From NCBI RefSeq assembly GCF_009914755.1, contig NC_060930.1: DNA of 64,000 nt. One strand, 5' to 3'. This DNA comes from the human T2T-CHM13v2.0 reference genome, Homo sapiens. Positions 13,600 to 26,192 of the stretch are shown in pieces; position 1 is the stretch's first letter; each line of letters begins with the position of its first letter. The position numbers and the translations under genes were made by a program. A model generated the notes under the pieces. The model was not told where the DNA came from and ran no database searches. It was given only the letters and a program-made list of their open reading frames with translations.

Positions 13600-13900
13600 T
13601 TAGAATATACAGACTCAGTGGCCTTTAAGCAGCTGTTATTTTACTGAAGGGGGTACAGGAAATAGCACATAAATAAATATTTTACTTACTTCACATAATA
13701 AGTGTTATAAGTTAGAGCAGGGTACAACGATTAAGTATGGCAGAGAGAGTGGGCACTCTCTACAATGGGTAGTCGGGAAGACCTCTCAGAGAAGGTGGCA
13801 TATGGATAAGATAGAAATGAAAAAAAAGGAGCATTCCAGGTGGATGGAACAGCTAGTGCAAAGATCCTAAGTTGGAAATTAACTCAGGATGTTAGGTGTA
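13600..13900 (-). mobile_element. L2 fragment
   Basis: gcattccaggtggatggaacagctagtgcaaagatcctaag and gggaagacctctcagagaaggtg are typical L2 text. Confidence 0.6.
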
Positions 13901-14966
13901 AAGAAAGAAAACCTGTTGGATATCCAGGGAAGAGGTCCACAAACCAACTGGATATGTGAGTCTAGAGGAGAAGGGAGCAGTGAAGTCTGGATGTTTGCAA
14001 GTCATTCATGGATGTAAGACTGGACGGGATTATTCTGGGAGAGTAAAGAGAGAAGAGCGAAGAGAGATGGCAACTCCCAAGTCCAAACCCTGATAACAGG
14101 AAAATCAATAGCTTTGATGACACTTGAGGAAAATTCTTAGTCTTCTGCATATCTCAGCAATGATTTTCAGATACCATTGGCACTAACAATAGTCACTATT
14201 TAAAAGTCATTTCCCCCACCTATCCGACATTTTCAAGAAAAGGAGATCCTCATCTTGTTGTAAGTTTTGCCTACCTTTAGAGTAGAGTGAGGGATGCATT
14301 CTTCTTGAAAAAAGAATCTAGATTCATATTTGGATGACTTATTGGATGAACTTAAGCCTTACACTGTTCTGTTATATCAAGTTGTAAAATATAGACTTCA
14401 GCTTCCCAGGGACTGCTCTGAAATATATAGTTACTTCAATTTCACCTTATTGATATATGAAATATACATAACCATAATTTATTTAAACAGCCAATTAATC
14501 TTTTCTTGCTATTGAAATAAGTTTATATAATAACAAAACTGATACCAGAAACACAAGAAAAAATGAGTCATGCTTTATAGCTAATTTGTATCACTATTTG
14601 TGTTGAAAACACAAGACTTAGTAATTTATTTTTTTATGATTAATGAAAATGCCAAGAATCTGTTTGCAGAATGACTTTAACATAATAAAATAATGAAAAA
14701 TGCAAATTTTATGGAGAATCCCCAGAGACACTTGATACCACCTTTCTTCTTCTGACAAAGTTCTCATTTGAAATTAATATTTATGTTTTTGATATAGATC
14801 TATCCATTTACCTAATCACTTTTACAGTACTCAGCGCATTTCTGGTTATTCTTTCTGAAGCCCTTTATAAATGGGTAATATTTTATATTACCAAAAACCT
14901 AACCTCGATTTAACATAAGCAAATATATGTTCAGATATTAACAGTTTCTGTATGGGCATTATAATT

Positions 14967-15287
14967 CCTCCCCCCACACCGTGCCCACCCCCCAGCCCCC
15001 AGCACTGAGACGGAGTCTCACTCTGTCACCCAGGCTGGAGTGCAATAGCGTGATCTCAGCTCACTGCAACCTCCGCCTCCCGGGTTCAAGCGATTCTCCC
15101 TGCCGCAGCCTCCTGAGTAGCTGGGATTACAGGTACCCACCACCATGCCCAGCTAACTTTTGTATTTTTAGTAGAGACTGGGTTTCGCCATGTTGGCCAG
15201 GCTGGAGTCCAATTCCTGACCTCATGATCTGCACACCTTGGCCTCCCAAAGTGCTGGGATTACCAGCATGAGCCACTGCACCCGGCC
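14967..15287 (-). mobile_element. AluS element with a C-rich tract in place of the poly(T/A) tail
   Basis: Alu body 15006-15287; TSD-like atgggcattataatt (14952-14966) / acgggtattatgatt (15288-15302). Confidence 0.9.
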
Positions 15288-15971
15288 ACGGGTATTATGA
15301 TTTTTTTTAATTTATTTTTTAGCAGTCTCTAGTTTAGACTTTAGTCAACTCTCACTCTGTTACCTTCAGTTATTAAGGCAGTATATCATTAGCTTATTTA
15401 ACAATTATGTACTTACTGAGCATTTAGAATTGTACTAAACAGACATAATCTCTGCCATCATAGAGCTCACAGTCTAGTGGAGAGGGTAGAGTATGATGCA
15501 TTTAAATAATGCATGAGAAGGGATAGCATGTGTTGGGGATTACTGTGGGAGCTCCTTTCAGTGACTGTTGTACTAGCCCCCGAGTGTTAGGCATGACACT
15601 GTGTGTCAGTGAGCTACTTACTAAGCCCTAATTAAGTACATCTAGTTATTTTAATTTTTTTCCTTTATGGGTCTGTACCCATATGGCTTTAGTTTGGATA
15701 TTCTGTACTTGTTCATGTGTTGCTCTATAAGAATTATCAAACTTTGATATGCAGGGTTTTGAATCACCAATTACAGCCAACAGTCTGTGAATGAGAAAAG
15801 AAGTGGTTATTGTAAACTCAAAAATAACTGTTGAGGTACTTCTTTTAAAAAATCTTTCCCCATTGCAAAATAATACATATTCATTGATAAACATTTGTTA
15901 AATACAGAAAAGTGAAAAGAAGCTTCAAAAAACCACCTGTAGAACCACTACTCAAAGAAAACCACCCTCAT

Positions 15972-15996
15972 TGTGTGTGTGTGTGTGTGTGTGTGT
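15972..15996. repeat. (TG)n microsatellite
   Basis: About 12 perfect TG units. Confidence 0.95.
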
Positions 15997-16204
15997 TTTC
16001 CTTTTGTTTTTGGGTGAATTTTCTCCAATTATAATTTTGCTCTTATATAGTTTTGTAGCCTGCTTGTTAGCTACATAGCATAATAACAAGCTTTTCTGCA
16101 TGTTATTAAAACCACTAGAGGCAGCTTTTAACAATCTTGTTTTGTTTTTGCATTTGAATAGTGGTGTTGATAATGTTGCTTAGTTAACTTAGAAAAAAAA
16201 TGAA

Positions 16205-16343
16205 GCTGGAGAGTCTGGGTTGGTAAACACATTGACTTGCTGAGACAGGGATGTGCTTAGAGAGAGCATGAAAGCTCCTCACTTCCTCTATACTCCTATA
16301 CCTTGCCCTATGCATTTGGCTCTTCCTGAGTTGTATCCTTTAT
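16205..16343 (+). mobile_element. MER21-family LTR fragment
   Basis: ataccttgccctatgcat...ttcctgagttgtatcctttat matches MER21 text. Confidence 0.65.
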
Positions 16344-16354
16344 TGTATGCCATT

Positions 16355-16795
16355 AAAAAAATTGACAAGCTGTTTCTAAAATGCAAAGGGACTAGAATAT
16401 CCTAAAAAAATCTTGTAAGAGAAGTACAAAGTGGAGAACTTACATTAAGTAACTCTAAGACTATTAAGCTATAGTAACCAGGATTGTGTGATACTGACAT
16501 ATGTATCAATAAAGAGATCTATGGAACAGAAGAAAGAACCCAGAAATAGACCCTCCTTATATAGTTGTGTCACATTCAACCAAGGCGTGAATCAATTCAA
16601 TGGGAAATAGAATTGTCTTTTCAGTAAATAGCCCTGTAACAACTGTATTATGTGTAAGTGTGTGTATAAATATATGTACATAATCGTATCACACCCCATA
16701 TACGAAAATTAATTTGAGATGAATCAAAGACCTAATACTTAAAATCTAAAACTATAAAGCTGCGTAAGGAAAGTGTTTCATCAAAATGTAAAACT
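16355..16795 (+). mobile_element. Old L1M ORF2 3' fragment
   Basis: aaattgacaagctg...atggaacagaagaaagaacccagaaatagacc...caaagacctaa is typical L1 ORF2 sequence. Confidence 0.8.
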
Positions 16796-16910
16796 CTCTT
16801 GTGTACATGTTCACAGCATGTTAACCACAGACCTCCCTGAGCGCTGACTCATTGCTCTGCTTATCCCTGACCCTCTCCAGGACTTGAGGATATTGTGGTT
16901 GTTCATGTTA

Positions 16911-17100
16911 TGGTCTTGAACTCATGACCTCAGGTGATCTGCTTGCCTTGGCCTACCAAAGTGCTGGGATTATAGGTGTGAGCCACCATGCCCGGCCATG
17001 GGTTTATGTTTTCTTAAAATTTATTTTTTAGTAGTCTCTAGTTTATACTTTAGTCAACTCTCACTCTGTTACCTTCCGTTATTAAGGCAGTATTTCATTA
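16911..17100. repeat. Local duplicate of ~15202-15391 (Alu 5' part plus unique flank)
   Basis: Unique ~80-nt core differs at only about 4 positions between the two copies. Confidence 0.9.
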
Positions 17101-17198
17101 TTAATTTGAGATGAATTTGAGCAAATCTTTCCTAAGATGAGAGTTGAATATTTCATTCTTTAAACTGCATCAAAATGTCCCAGTAGAGAAGTGGCCTA

Positions 17199-17489
17199 GG
17201 CCGGGCACAGTTGCACATATCTGTAATCCCAGCACTTTGGGAAGCCAAGATGAATGGATTACTTGAGCCCAGGAGTTTGAGACCAGCCTGGCCAACATGG
17301 CAAAACCCTGGCTCTACCAAAAATACAAAAAAATTAGCCAGGGATGGTGGGGCGTGTCTGTGGTCCCAGCTACTCAGGAAGTTGAGGTGGGAGGATCACT
17401 TGAGCCCAGGAGGTGGAGGTTGCACTGAGCCAAGATTGTGACACTGCTGACAGAGGAAGACCCCACCTCCAAAACAAACAAACAAAAAA
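17199..17489 (+). mobile_element. AluJ-family element
   Basis: ggatcacttgagcccagg in the right arm (J diagnostic); TSD agaagtggcct / agaagtggtct. Confidence 0.9.
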
Positions 17490-17628
17490 GAAGTGGTCTC
17501 ATAAAATGAGAGGAATGGTCCATGATGTGGTCTCTTGGGTTCTTTCTGGCCCTAAATGTCATTTCAGTTTATAAAATGATGGAAGAAGCAATGAATCCCA
17601 GGTAAAATGGCCCCAAATCTAGTTGGAG

Positions 17629-18159
17629 TGTTTCCAGACAGAAAGGTCCAGCTGCTTGTTCTCACTGTCCAATAATGAGATGCAGACAGACGGGGAAAGA
17701 AGGGAGTTTATTTCTGCAACCGGTTACAGGGAAAAGGCCTGAGTAACTCACCGGACCAACTCCAAGTTACAAGTTTTTTTCTAGTGCTTATGTACGTTTT
17801 AAGCCCCATGCCTACCTGTGGGAGTGCACCTACAAGCCGGAGTGTTTCATTCAATCTATATCTAATCTTTAACTAGAGTCTGGAGTCTGGAAGGTTTTCT
17901 CTAGAGTCTTGGAAAGTTTCTTAAGTGGGCCCTGGTACAAGGTATACGTGTAAGAATGCCTTTATTATTCAATCAGACGTTAGGGTCTAAGAAAACTCAG
18001 GTGGGGTCATAATGGGTTTGTTTTCGTATTCCAGCCGTTGTACTCAGGCACCAGTTTCCCCAGTTCTTTAATGTTTAACTTCTACATACATCAGAGTTAT
18101 AATAGAGGATTAGTAGAAACTGACTCTTCTAGTGGCTAATGGGAACCTGGCCTGCCACA
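17629..18159 (-). mobile_element. Solo ERV LTR (probably class I), family not assigned
   Basis: TG...CA ends, 4-bp TSD-like ggag/gaag, AATAAA on the minus strand at 17707-17712 about 80 nt from the LTR 3' end. Confidence 0.75.
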
Positions 18160-18384
18160 GAAGGCCACGGGTTTTGAGAGGCTATAGATCTATTCAGATT
18201 ATATGACCAGTCTGGGCTGAGCACAGTGGGTCACAGGAGGAGGGGAACAAAAGGAGAAGGTGTAGTCCAGCCTTTGAGCAGCATCAGGGTATAGTTGGAG
18301 TGATCCAAGGCACACCCTAAAAACAGTGAGGGAAGTAACCCTTGCTGAGGAAGCTAGGACTGTGGGAAGGACACTAGATGGCAG

Positions 18385-18485
18385 TTAACAGACTTGAGTT
18401 CTTACCCAGGATGTGACTTTCAGTGTGTGGCCCGTGGTGGACATTCGCTTCTTCCTCCGTAAAATGAGAGGCTAGATGGATCAGC
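18385..18485 (+). mobile_element. MIR fragment
   Basis: ttcctccgtaaaatgagaggctaga resembles the MIR core. Confidence 0.5.
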
Positions 18486-18520
18486 AAGTGTTTCTTCTTC
18501 TTTTTTAAAAACCTGTCATT

Positions 18521-18952
<432 letters not shown>

Positions 18953-19289
18953 TCACTCTGGTGTAGGAAACCACAACACACCTCACTGCTGAGCAAGCTT
19001 ATGAACCTCACAGATCTTTTGAGCGGGCAAAACAAATACTATTTTGGAATTCTGACATGAAGAAAGTCTCAGAAATCCAAGTTGTTATCCTATAGGACCC
19101 TCTCCAAAAATGTGTCCTCTGCTTAATTATGCACATAAAGAGGGGTTTCAGTTAAAAACAACACAACAACAACAAAAACCCAAAATAGAGGTACCAATTC
19201 TGTCTTTATGCAGCTTTATTATTAAATAAAACTCCATCTTAGATTATTACCTAACATTTTTTAGCAGTTTTTATGGCACATGTACACTT

Positions 19290-19470
19290 GAGGGCCTTTG
19301 TCTCATTTAGTCCACATAGAAACCCTTCGGGTCAGTACAGTTATTTTACCCTTTTTCCTGGTGAGCACCATGAGGCTTAAGGCCCTTAAATAACATGACT
19401 GAAGTTTTACAACCAATAAGTTTCAGAGTAGAGGTCGAAACCTGTGCCATCTTACCAACTATGCCGCTGA
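19290..19470 (-). mobile_element. MIR fragment
   Basis: ctcatttagtccac...catgaggcttaag...aaataacatgactgaag resembles the reversed MIR core. Confidence 0.55.
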
Positions 19471-19539
19471 GCCAACCTGTGACTTTTGTCATTTGGTCCT
19501 TAATTCTACTTCTCCACTTCATATAATTGAAGACTACCC

Positions 19540-19890
19540 TTTAGTGCATCTCCTAGTGTTCTCTTTGGACTAAAAGTTCCAATTTTTCAACTATTCTTCA
19601 TGACATAATGGGCTCCAAACCCTGCCTAATCCTGTGTGAATGTAGTTAATTTTTGATATAAATTAAAACCTCCAAATTTATTGCACTTGAACTTAATAAT
19701 GTTCATGTTGATTTATTATTTTGCCACTTTGTCACTATTTTACATATCTGTTTTGGCATCTAACATGTATGTTTTTTGTTGATTTCTGCAGATTATATTA
19801 ATGTGTCTCTATTTATTCATCCAAATGATTACTGATCAGGGCCAGAACAAGAATACGTCACTTTGGTATGGCACAAGACACAACTTTATC
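19540..19890 (-). mobile_element. Possible L3/CR1 LINE fragment
   Basis: ttcatccaaatgattactgatcagggccagaacaaga...tggcac resembles the CR1/L3 RT region in reverse. Confidence 0.4.
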
Positions 19891-21048
19891 AGGATAGCCT
19901 TGTAGTTTAGATGTTGGTAAAATAATAATTTAATTTTATTTGCATTTTTAAGCCATGTATAATCCTTTGGAATTTGAGCATTCAGTATAAGCTCTCTCTG
20001 TAAATGGTTTATTTTTTCTTAATGAATTTATTTACAGGAATTATTCAATAAATGCTTCCAAATGACATTGAATAATTGTGTTTTAATGTCATTAACATGT
20101 ATTGGGTATTTTTTTCCCCCGATATCTAAAATTCCTGTAGTTTATATCTAAGAAGGCAAATAGCAGCCAGTACAAACAAACCCTGGAATCATATTGGTAT
20201 GAAAGTGATATTGCTATCCCCTCCCTCCAGTTAAAGTAAATTGAGGAAATTAAAGAATGAGTAGGTATTGAGCAAATGGGATTCCCATTTGAGATTTAGA
20301 AAATGAATTGGAAGTATGTTTATTGTTTTTATGAGTTTGATAAGATGGGTGATTCTACTGGTAATCCATCTGTGGAGATGTTTGCACCCAACACCCTGTG
20401 ACTGAGTGCGTCATGTATTTATACTTTCTGTGACCTGCTGAATATCATGCCGTGCAGATGACTGTAATCTGTGCTATTGGGCCATGTTGTTATAAGTATT
20501 ATTATGAAGCCAGCTTAGAATCTTTTAATGAGTTTGGATGTCAACATGAGATATCAAATTGCACTTGACAGCTTGAATATTATAGTCAATTTTTAATTTA
20601 ATAGAAACTTCTTTCATGTTTTAATTGTTATCTTAAATTTCTGGTAATCAAATGAGAAGACAAACAATCTTGACAGCTGAAGAAAGAAAAGATATATGAT
20701 TTTCAACTGTTGTGGACCATGGGTAATGATTTTATATGAAAGAGATGTTCTGAAACAATCCTTTATGAAACATTTTCTTACATTATGTAGACAGACATTT
20801 TGATACATATCATAAAGTCAATTACCAAAAGAAATAACAAATTCAAGAATTTTTTCCCTCAATATATGAGAGTTTGCAAAGTATTTCTTAATAAAATTGC
20901 TTAACATTGAAGTTATATCAGATAACTAGTTTAACAATATCATTTAAGCTGCAAAAACCAATCATTTCTAAATGGTAAATTTACTTGGTAATTTAAGTTT
21001 ATTTAAAAATTTTGAAGGTTTCAAAATAAAAGCATTTTTGTACGCATT

Positions 21049-21490
21049 TGTATCAGCTGCCTAGTGCAGCTGTAACGAAGTACCAAAAATATTGGCTTAA
21101 AAAAGCTGAATATATTCTGTTATGCTTCTGAAGTCTAGATGTTTGGAATCAGAGTGTCAGCAGGGCCATGCTCTCTTTGAAGTGCTCTAGGGGAGAATCT
21201 GTTCCATGCATTTCTCTTATCTCTGTTCTTGTAGGCAATTCTTGGCATTCCAGTCTCTGCCTCTGTAGTCACGTGCAGTTCTGCCTTTGTGTCTGTCTCT
21301 GTGTCCCCTCTCTCCTTATAGACACAAGTCATACAGTCATATTGGATTAGGATCAGCCATGGTCTAATATGACCTCATCTTAACTTGATTACATCTGCAA
21401 AGACCCTATTTCCATGTAAGGTCACATTCACCGGTAATGCAGGTTAGGACTTCGACATATCCTGTTGGAGGATGTAGTGCAACTCATAAA
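21049..21490 (-). mobile_element. MLT1 (B/C-like) MaLR solo LTR
   Basis: gtgtcagcagggccatgctctc, gacctcatcttaacttgattacatctgcaaagaccctatttcc; 5-bp TSD gcatt at 21044-21048 and 21491-21495. Confidence 0.9.
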
Positions 21491-21919
21491 GCATTCAGTA
21501 CTTGGAGAGAAACAGCTTAAGAGAGAGACTGGAAAATGGACTGCAGTGATGTTAGCACCTGTGATATTTTTTATATTTGTTTCAGTCAAAATTCTGACTT
21601 TGGTTTATTGGCTTGCACATTAGGTAATTATAGCCTCGGACTTTTGATTTAAAAAAGTTGTAATTTCTCTTTGGAACATTTTCCCACTGACCTATTACAT
21701 CAGAAGCCTATTCAATGAATTCTCTCAGGTCAGAAACTAGGAACAAACTGATACTAGGTTTGGTTGTTTTATACTGCAGATGATTAAATAGTTACAAATT
21801 GTATGATATTGCTAATGGTATGAAAAAACATCTCTTTTCAAATCTTAAAATCTCTTATCAAATTTATTACATATTTATAGTAATTATACTATAGCAGATT
21901 GTGAACATGTAAAATAGTC

Positions 21920-21947
21920 ATAATAATAATAATAATAATAATAATAA
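21920..21947. repeat. (AAT)n microsatellite
   Basis: About 9 units. Confidence 0.95.
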
Positions 21948-21949
21948 GG

Positions 21950-22140
21950 TTGAAATGCGTTACCTTATTTATTCCTTAAAATAACCCAAGAAGATAAAGA
22001 CTGTTGTTATTCTCCTCTCTACATCTGCCCAAACTGAGGCTTGTGGACGTGTGTAACTTGTCCAAGAGCTTCATAGTAATTGATGAAGCAGAGTTTTAAC
22101 CTGGCAATTTGACCCTACAGATGAACTCTTATCTTGTGTG
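21950..22140 (-). mobile_element. MIR fragment
   Basis: aaactgaggctt...taacttgtccaag MIR core. Confidence 0.6.
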
Positions 22141-22206
22141 CTATAGGTTTTTTTTTTTTCTATCTAAGTCTCATGACATTGCTCATCAGTAAGATTTTTT
22201 TCATTA

Positions 22207-22805
22207 AACTTTTTATTTTGAGATAATTGTGGTTTCACATATAGTTAAGGGCAAAAATCCAGAGAGATTCTTTGTATCCTTTACCCAGTTTTCCCCAGTG
22301 CTGCTGTCTTGCAAAACTATAATACTGTATCGTAACCAATATGCTGATATTGATACTGTCAAGATATAGAATATTTCTATAACTACAAAAATTCCTCTGA
22401 TTGCCTTTTTATAGCCACATCTACCTCTCCGACTGTCATTTTAAGAGTGCAGCATCTAACCAAATGGAATTATTCAGCATGTAAACTTTGGAGATTGGTG
22501 TTTTTTCATTCAGCATAATTCTCTGGAGAGTCATCCAGGTTGTTGCATGTATTAGTAGGCCATTTATTTTACTGCCAAGTAGTATTCCACAGTATGGGTG
22601 TACCATAGTTTAATATTCACCTGTTGAAAGACGTTTGGGTTGTTTCCATTGTCAGGCTATTATGAATAGAGCTGCTATAAATATTTGTGTACAGGATAAG
22701 TTTCAACTTTTCTTGGATAAATCACCAAAGTGCAGTTGCTGTGTTGTATGTTAGTTGCATGTGTCATTTTATAAATGAAACTGCCAAACTGTTTTTCCAG
22801 AGCAG
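22207..22805 (-). mobile_element. L1MC-like 3' end
   Basis: ttttattttgagataattg...ctttacccagttttcccca...catccaggttgttgcatgtat...aaactgccaaactgttttt. Confidence 0.85.
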
Positions 22806-24138
22806 CCCATGAATTGAAAGCAATTTTTATGACTTATTTTATATCCTTTGTATTTATAGAATTTCAGTGGAATTTCTACTTGCTACAAATGACCCTAAAG
22901 CTCAATATCAAATGCAATTTTTAATTTTTTTTGAGGCATGGATTTGTAAGGCCACTTTTTTTCTGGAATGAGTCATTTAACTGTTAGATAAGCCTAATGG
23001 TCTGCTCAGCTTACATGGCATAGTGATATCTTTTTTTTTTTCTCTACTCATTAACTCTACTGTGTATGATAAAAGAATATGCTTCCTGGGAGTTTTTAAT
23101 AGTTATTAATAAAATAATTCCTTATTTTTTATATATATATTTAAAGGCACACCTAATTAATTTTGTCCTCAAATAAAGCCCTCCAAATGTTCAGGGATTG
23201 AACTGCTGAGAGTGCTTTATTAAGTCTATAATTAAATACAGGTGATATTTAATTGCAATACTCACTATGCAAGTGCCATTACCCTGTAGTTCTCTGATAA
23301 AATTCATTTATAGATGGTTCCTTCACAAGTATTCCATGCAAATAGCTCTTATGATAAATATCTCTAAACCGTGGCTGGAACATAGCCTCTCCACCAGAAC
23401 AATATAAAGTATATTTAGTAGTAATCTTAAGTCTTGTACATAATATTGTAACCTCATTGTTCATTCTGTTGTATGTTTTGTATAATATATTTTTCTGTGT
23501 GGTATCTGGCTATCGATTAGTCCTGTAATGGTAATTAATTATAAATAAGTTTCACTTCTTATTTCCAATTTTTTTCTTCAGATTAATTTATCTATGTTTT
23601 CATGGTTTGGTTTTCATGGTCCTTTCGAGGTCTGTGATTTCAGAGTTTACATAGTTCCAGAATGAATTTTTTACAGTTCCAAAATATTTATTTGCATAGG
23701 TGTAGCTCAGAAATAGGTAGTATTTTAAAAGTACTTTATGCATTTTAACTTCCAAATAGGTAACAGGTGTTTAACATCACATATATAGGAATTCAAAAGT
23801 TACATTTTAAAAATTAAATGAATAGGTTTGCAGGAAACTTGGATTATGAACAACTAGTAGTTACCTATGACTTAACAATTACAAATTACAGATGTAATTT
23901 ATCATGTAATCACCAGATACTTGTTCCTTCATTGGCTGGAATTTTCAAGTGAAAACTGTACTTCAATAAACCTTAGGAAACTGTAAGCATAAGGATTGAG
24001 TCTTTTAAGTGAATGCAAATCTTATTTTTTAATTTTTTTTGCTAACAATGAGCATTATGTGCAAAAAAGAACTTCAATGAGTGTTGAAAGTTATTAATTA
24101 GTGGCATGATATCATGAATATGAAGTGAGCAACTTTAT

Positions 24139-24348
24139 GAAGATTTGTCAACCTTGGCACTGTTGACATTTTGGGTGGGATTATTTCTAAATATGGATGG
24201 CTGTCTCATGCATTGTAGTATGTTTAGCAGCATCCTGGGTCTCTAATCATTAGATGCTAGTAGCCCTCCTCCGCACAAGTGATTCTATTTAAAAATGTCT
24301 CCAGATGTTGTCAGATGAGGGACAAATCTTCCCTTTTGAGAACCACTG
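24139..24348 (-). mobile_element. MER20 hAT-Charlie element
   Basis: caaccttggcactgttgacattttgg...atgtttagcagcatcctgg...ttgagaaccactg. Confidence 0.88.
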
Positions 24349-24779
24349 AACTTGAATGAAATGTGATTGGGAAAAAGATGACATATCCTAGAATGATTGA
24401 GAAATTTATGAAAGTTTTAGGATGTATCCCAATACATGTCAATAGATTAATTTTAATTAAGTAACAAAAGAAATTTTATTTCCCCATGCGATAGCTTTTA
24501 TACTAGCAGACAAGATGGGTGTTCTTCCTTTTTCTCTTGGAGAAGAGAATATTTTTGCAAAACTTCACCATTATACTATAGGGCAGGAAGACTGCCATCA
24601 CCAGAATTCAGATGCTGCCATCCCCAAAGTTCAGATGCTGCACTGTGGAGCCTAGGATCCAGGTATAGTTCTAGTTGTCTGGGCTTGGATCAAATTATGA
24701 CTCAAGCTGAGGGCTTTCCAAAAGACAGAAAAGAACATGTTCTATTTTTATTCCTGTATCATATTTAATCTTTGGGCTT

Positions 24780-25850
24780 TCTGTACTGTTAGACTTTCTT
24801 TGTAAAACTTCTGAGCCCAGAGATAGGAACAGGATTGTCTCCACTAAGATGGTAAATGGAGGCACCCTTTGTGTTCCATGCTCCAAGTTATCTTTTTAAT
24901 GCTTATAGCACATCATAAATCTGTACCTTGAATCCACACAATGGAGATCATGACTTCAAAAGACTGGAAAGTCCATCATCTGATTGAGAGAGCCCATTCC
25001 AGTATCTCACACAGTGTGGAGTAGTGACTGAATGATTGAATGGAGAGCATTCTGTGGGCATTGTGAGAGATGGAATGTGAGCCTGCATAGGCAGATTTTG
25101 ACTCCTAAGAGAAATTTCTGAATTATCTTTCATGTCTTAAATTTCATCTCGTATACTCTGTCCAGTCACTGAATCTCAAGGCTCCTTCCTTAAACCATCT
25201 CTGGAATACTCTGTCCACTTCCTCACTGCGTTTTTGAACACTGAAACACTCTCCTAGCTACCTGTCTCTTTTTCAGTCCCCTGCTACTGCCAGAATTGTT
25301 TCAAACAGAAGTTTTGTTGAATCACAAAACTTTGTGTCCTTCCATTCTTGGCTTTATCTTGTCTATTCAATTTTATCTCTTACTCCTGTTAAAAGGAACC
25401 TGTTTTCCAGCATGCCAGGTTTTTTTTTCTTTAATTTTTTTCTTCCTTCATAATTAGTGAATGTACCAAACTCTCATATCTCTTCCGTGATTTTGCTCAT
25501 GTTTTTATCCTTGTATGGGATGGAAATATTTCTTCTTGCCACCTGATCAGATTCTTACTCATTGCTCCGGGTCCAGCCGAAGCCCACCTCTTGCTCAGGG
25601 CTGTTCATAACTCATTTGCTCCATATTGATCTCTACTTGCTTTTATTCTTAAAGCACTGAATATAGGCATTACTCATTTTGGCCTTTAGCAATGTATGGC
25701 TTTCTTCAAAGTGGTAACTAATGTTTTGTGCGTACAATTTGCCTCCTCAACTAATTAATAAATTCCTGAAAGACCAGTGTTTTGTGCTCTTAACATTACA
25801 TCTAGCATATTCTGTATGCCTGACAGGTACTCAGTAGAGACATTAATGGC
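24780..25850 (+). mobile_element. L2 fragments
   Basis: L2-like 3' ends (tgaatgattgaatg; tgcctgacaggtactcagta) and pyrimidine-rich L2 body text. Confidence 0.5.
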
Positions 25851-26132
25851 TGGGTAGGCATTGATTGTTTTCTAATTCTCTTTTAATTTAAATTGAGATA
25901 CCTTGGAAAAGGAAAATCCAACAGCAATCTGTAAGGGAAATCTGTGTAGCTTATTTGTGATAGATGTGTGAATTGTGGTGCTATTAATGTCATTTTGGAT
26001 ATGAAATATGTGTCATTTTGAGCTTCTGGTAATGGAAATGTGTAAATGAAAAAATAATAGTTGATATGTATCATAAAACATTCTGTTAACGAATTTTAAC
26101 TTGATCTTGATTTTCTTCTTTTCAAATACCAG

Positions 26133-26192
26133 ATACTTCTCACCACTGCATGAATGGACATTTGAAAGTGCCATAGCCAAACACTTGCAAGC
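26133..26192 (+). other. FAM83B: FAM83B exon 2, 5' UTR part (60 nt)
   Basis: Polypyrimidine tract ttttcttcttttc then CAG acceptor (AG 26131-26132); in-frame TGA at 26151 upstream of the start codon. Confidence 0.88.

Noticed and set aside
24592-24641. Two-copy 23-bp tandem repeat ctgccatc...ttcagatg
   Set aside because: Short local duplication with no evidence of function
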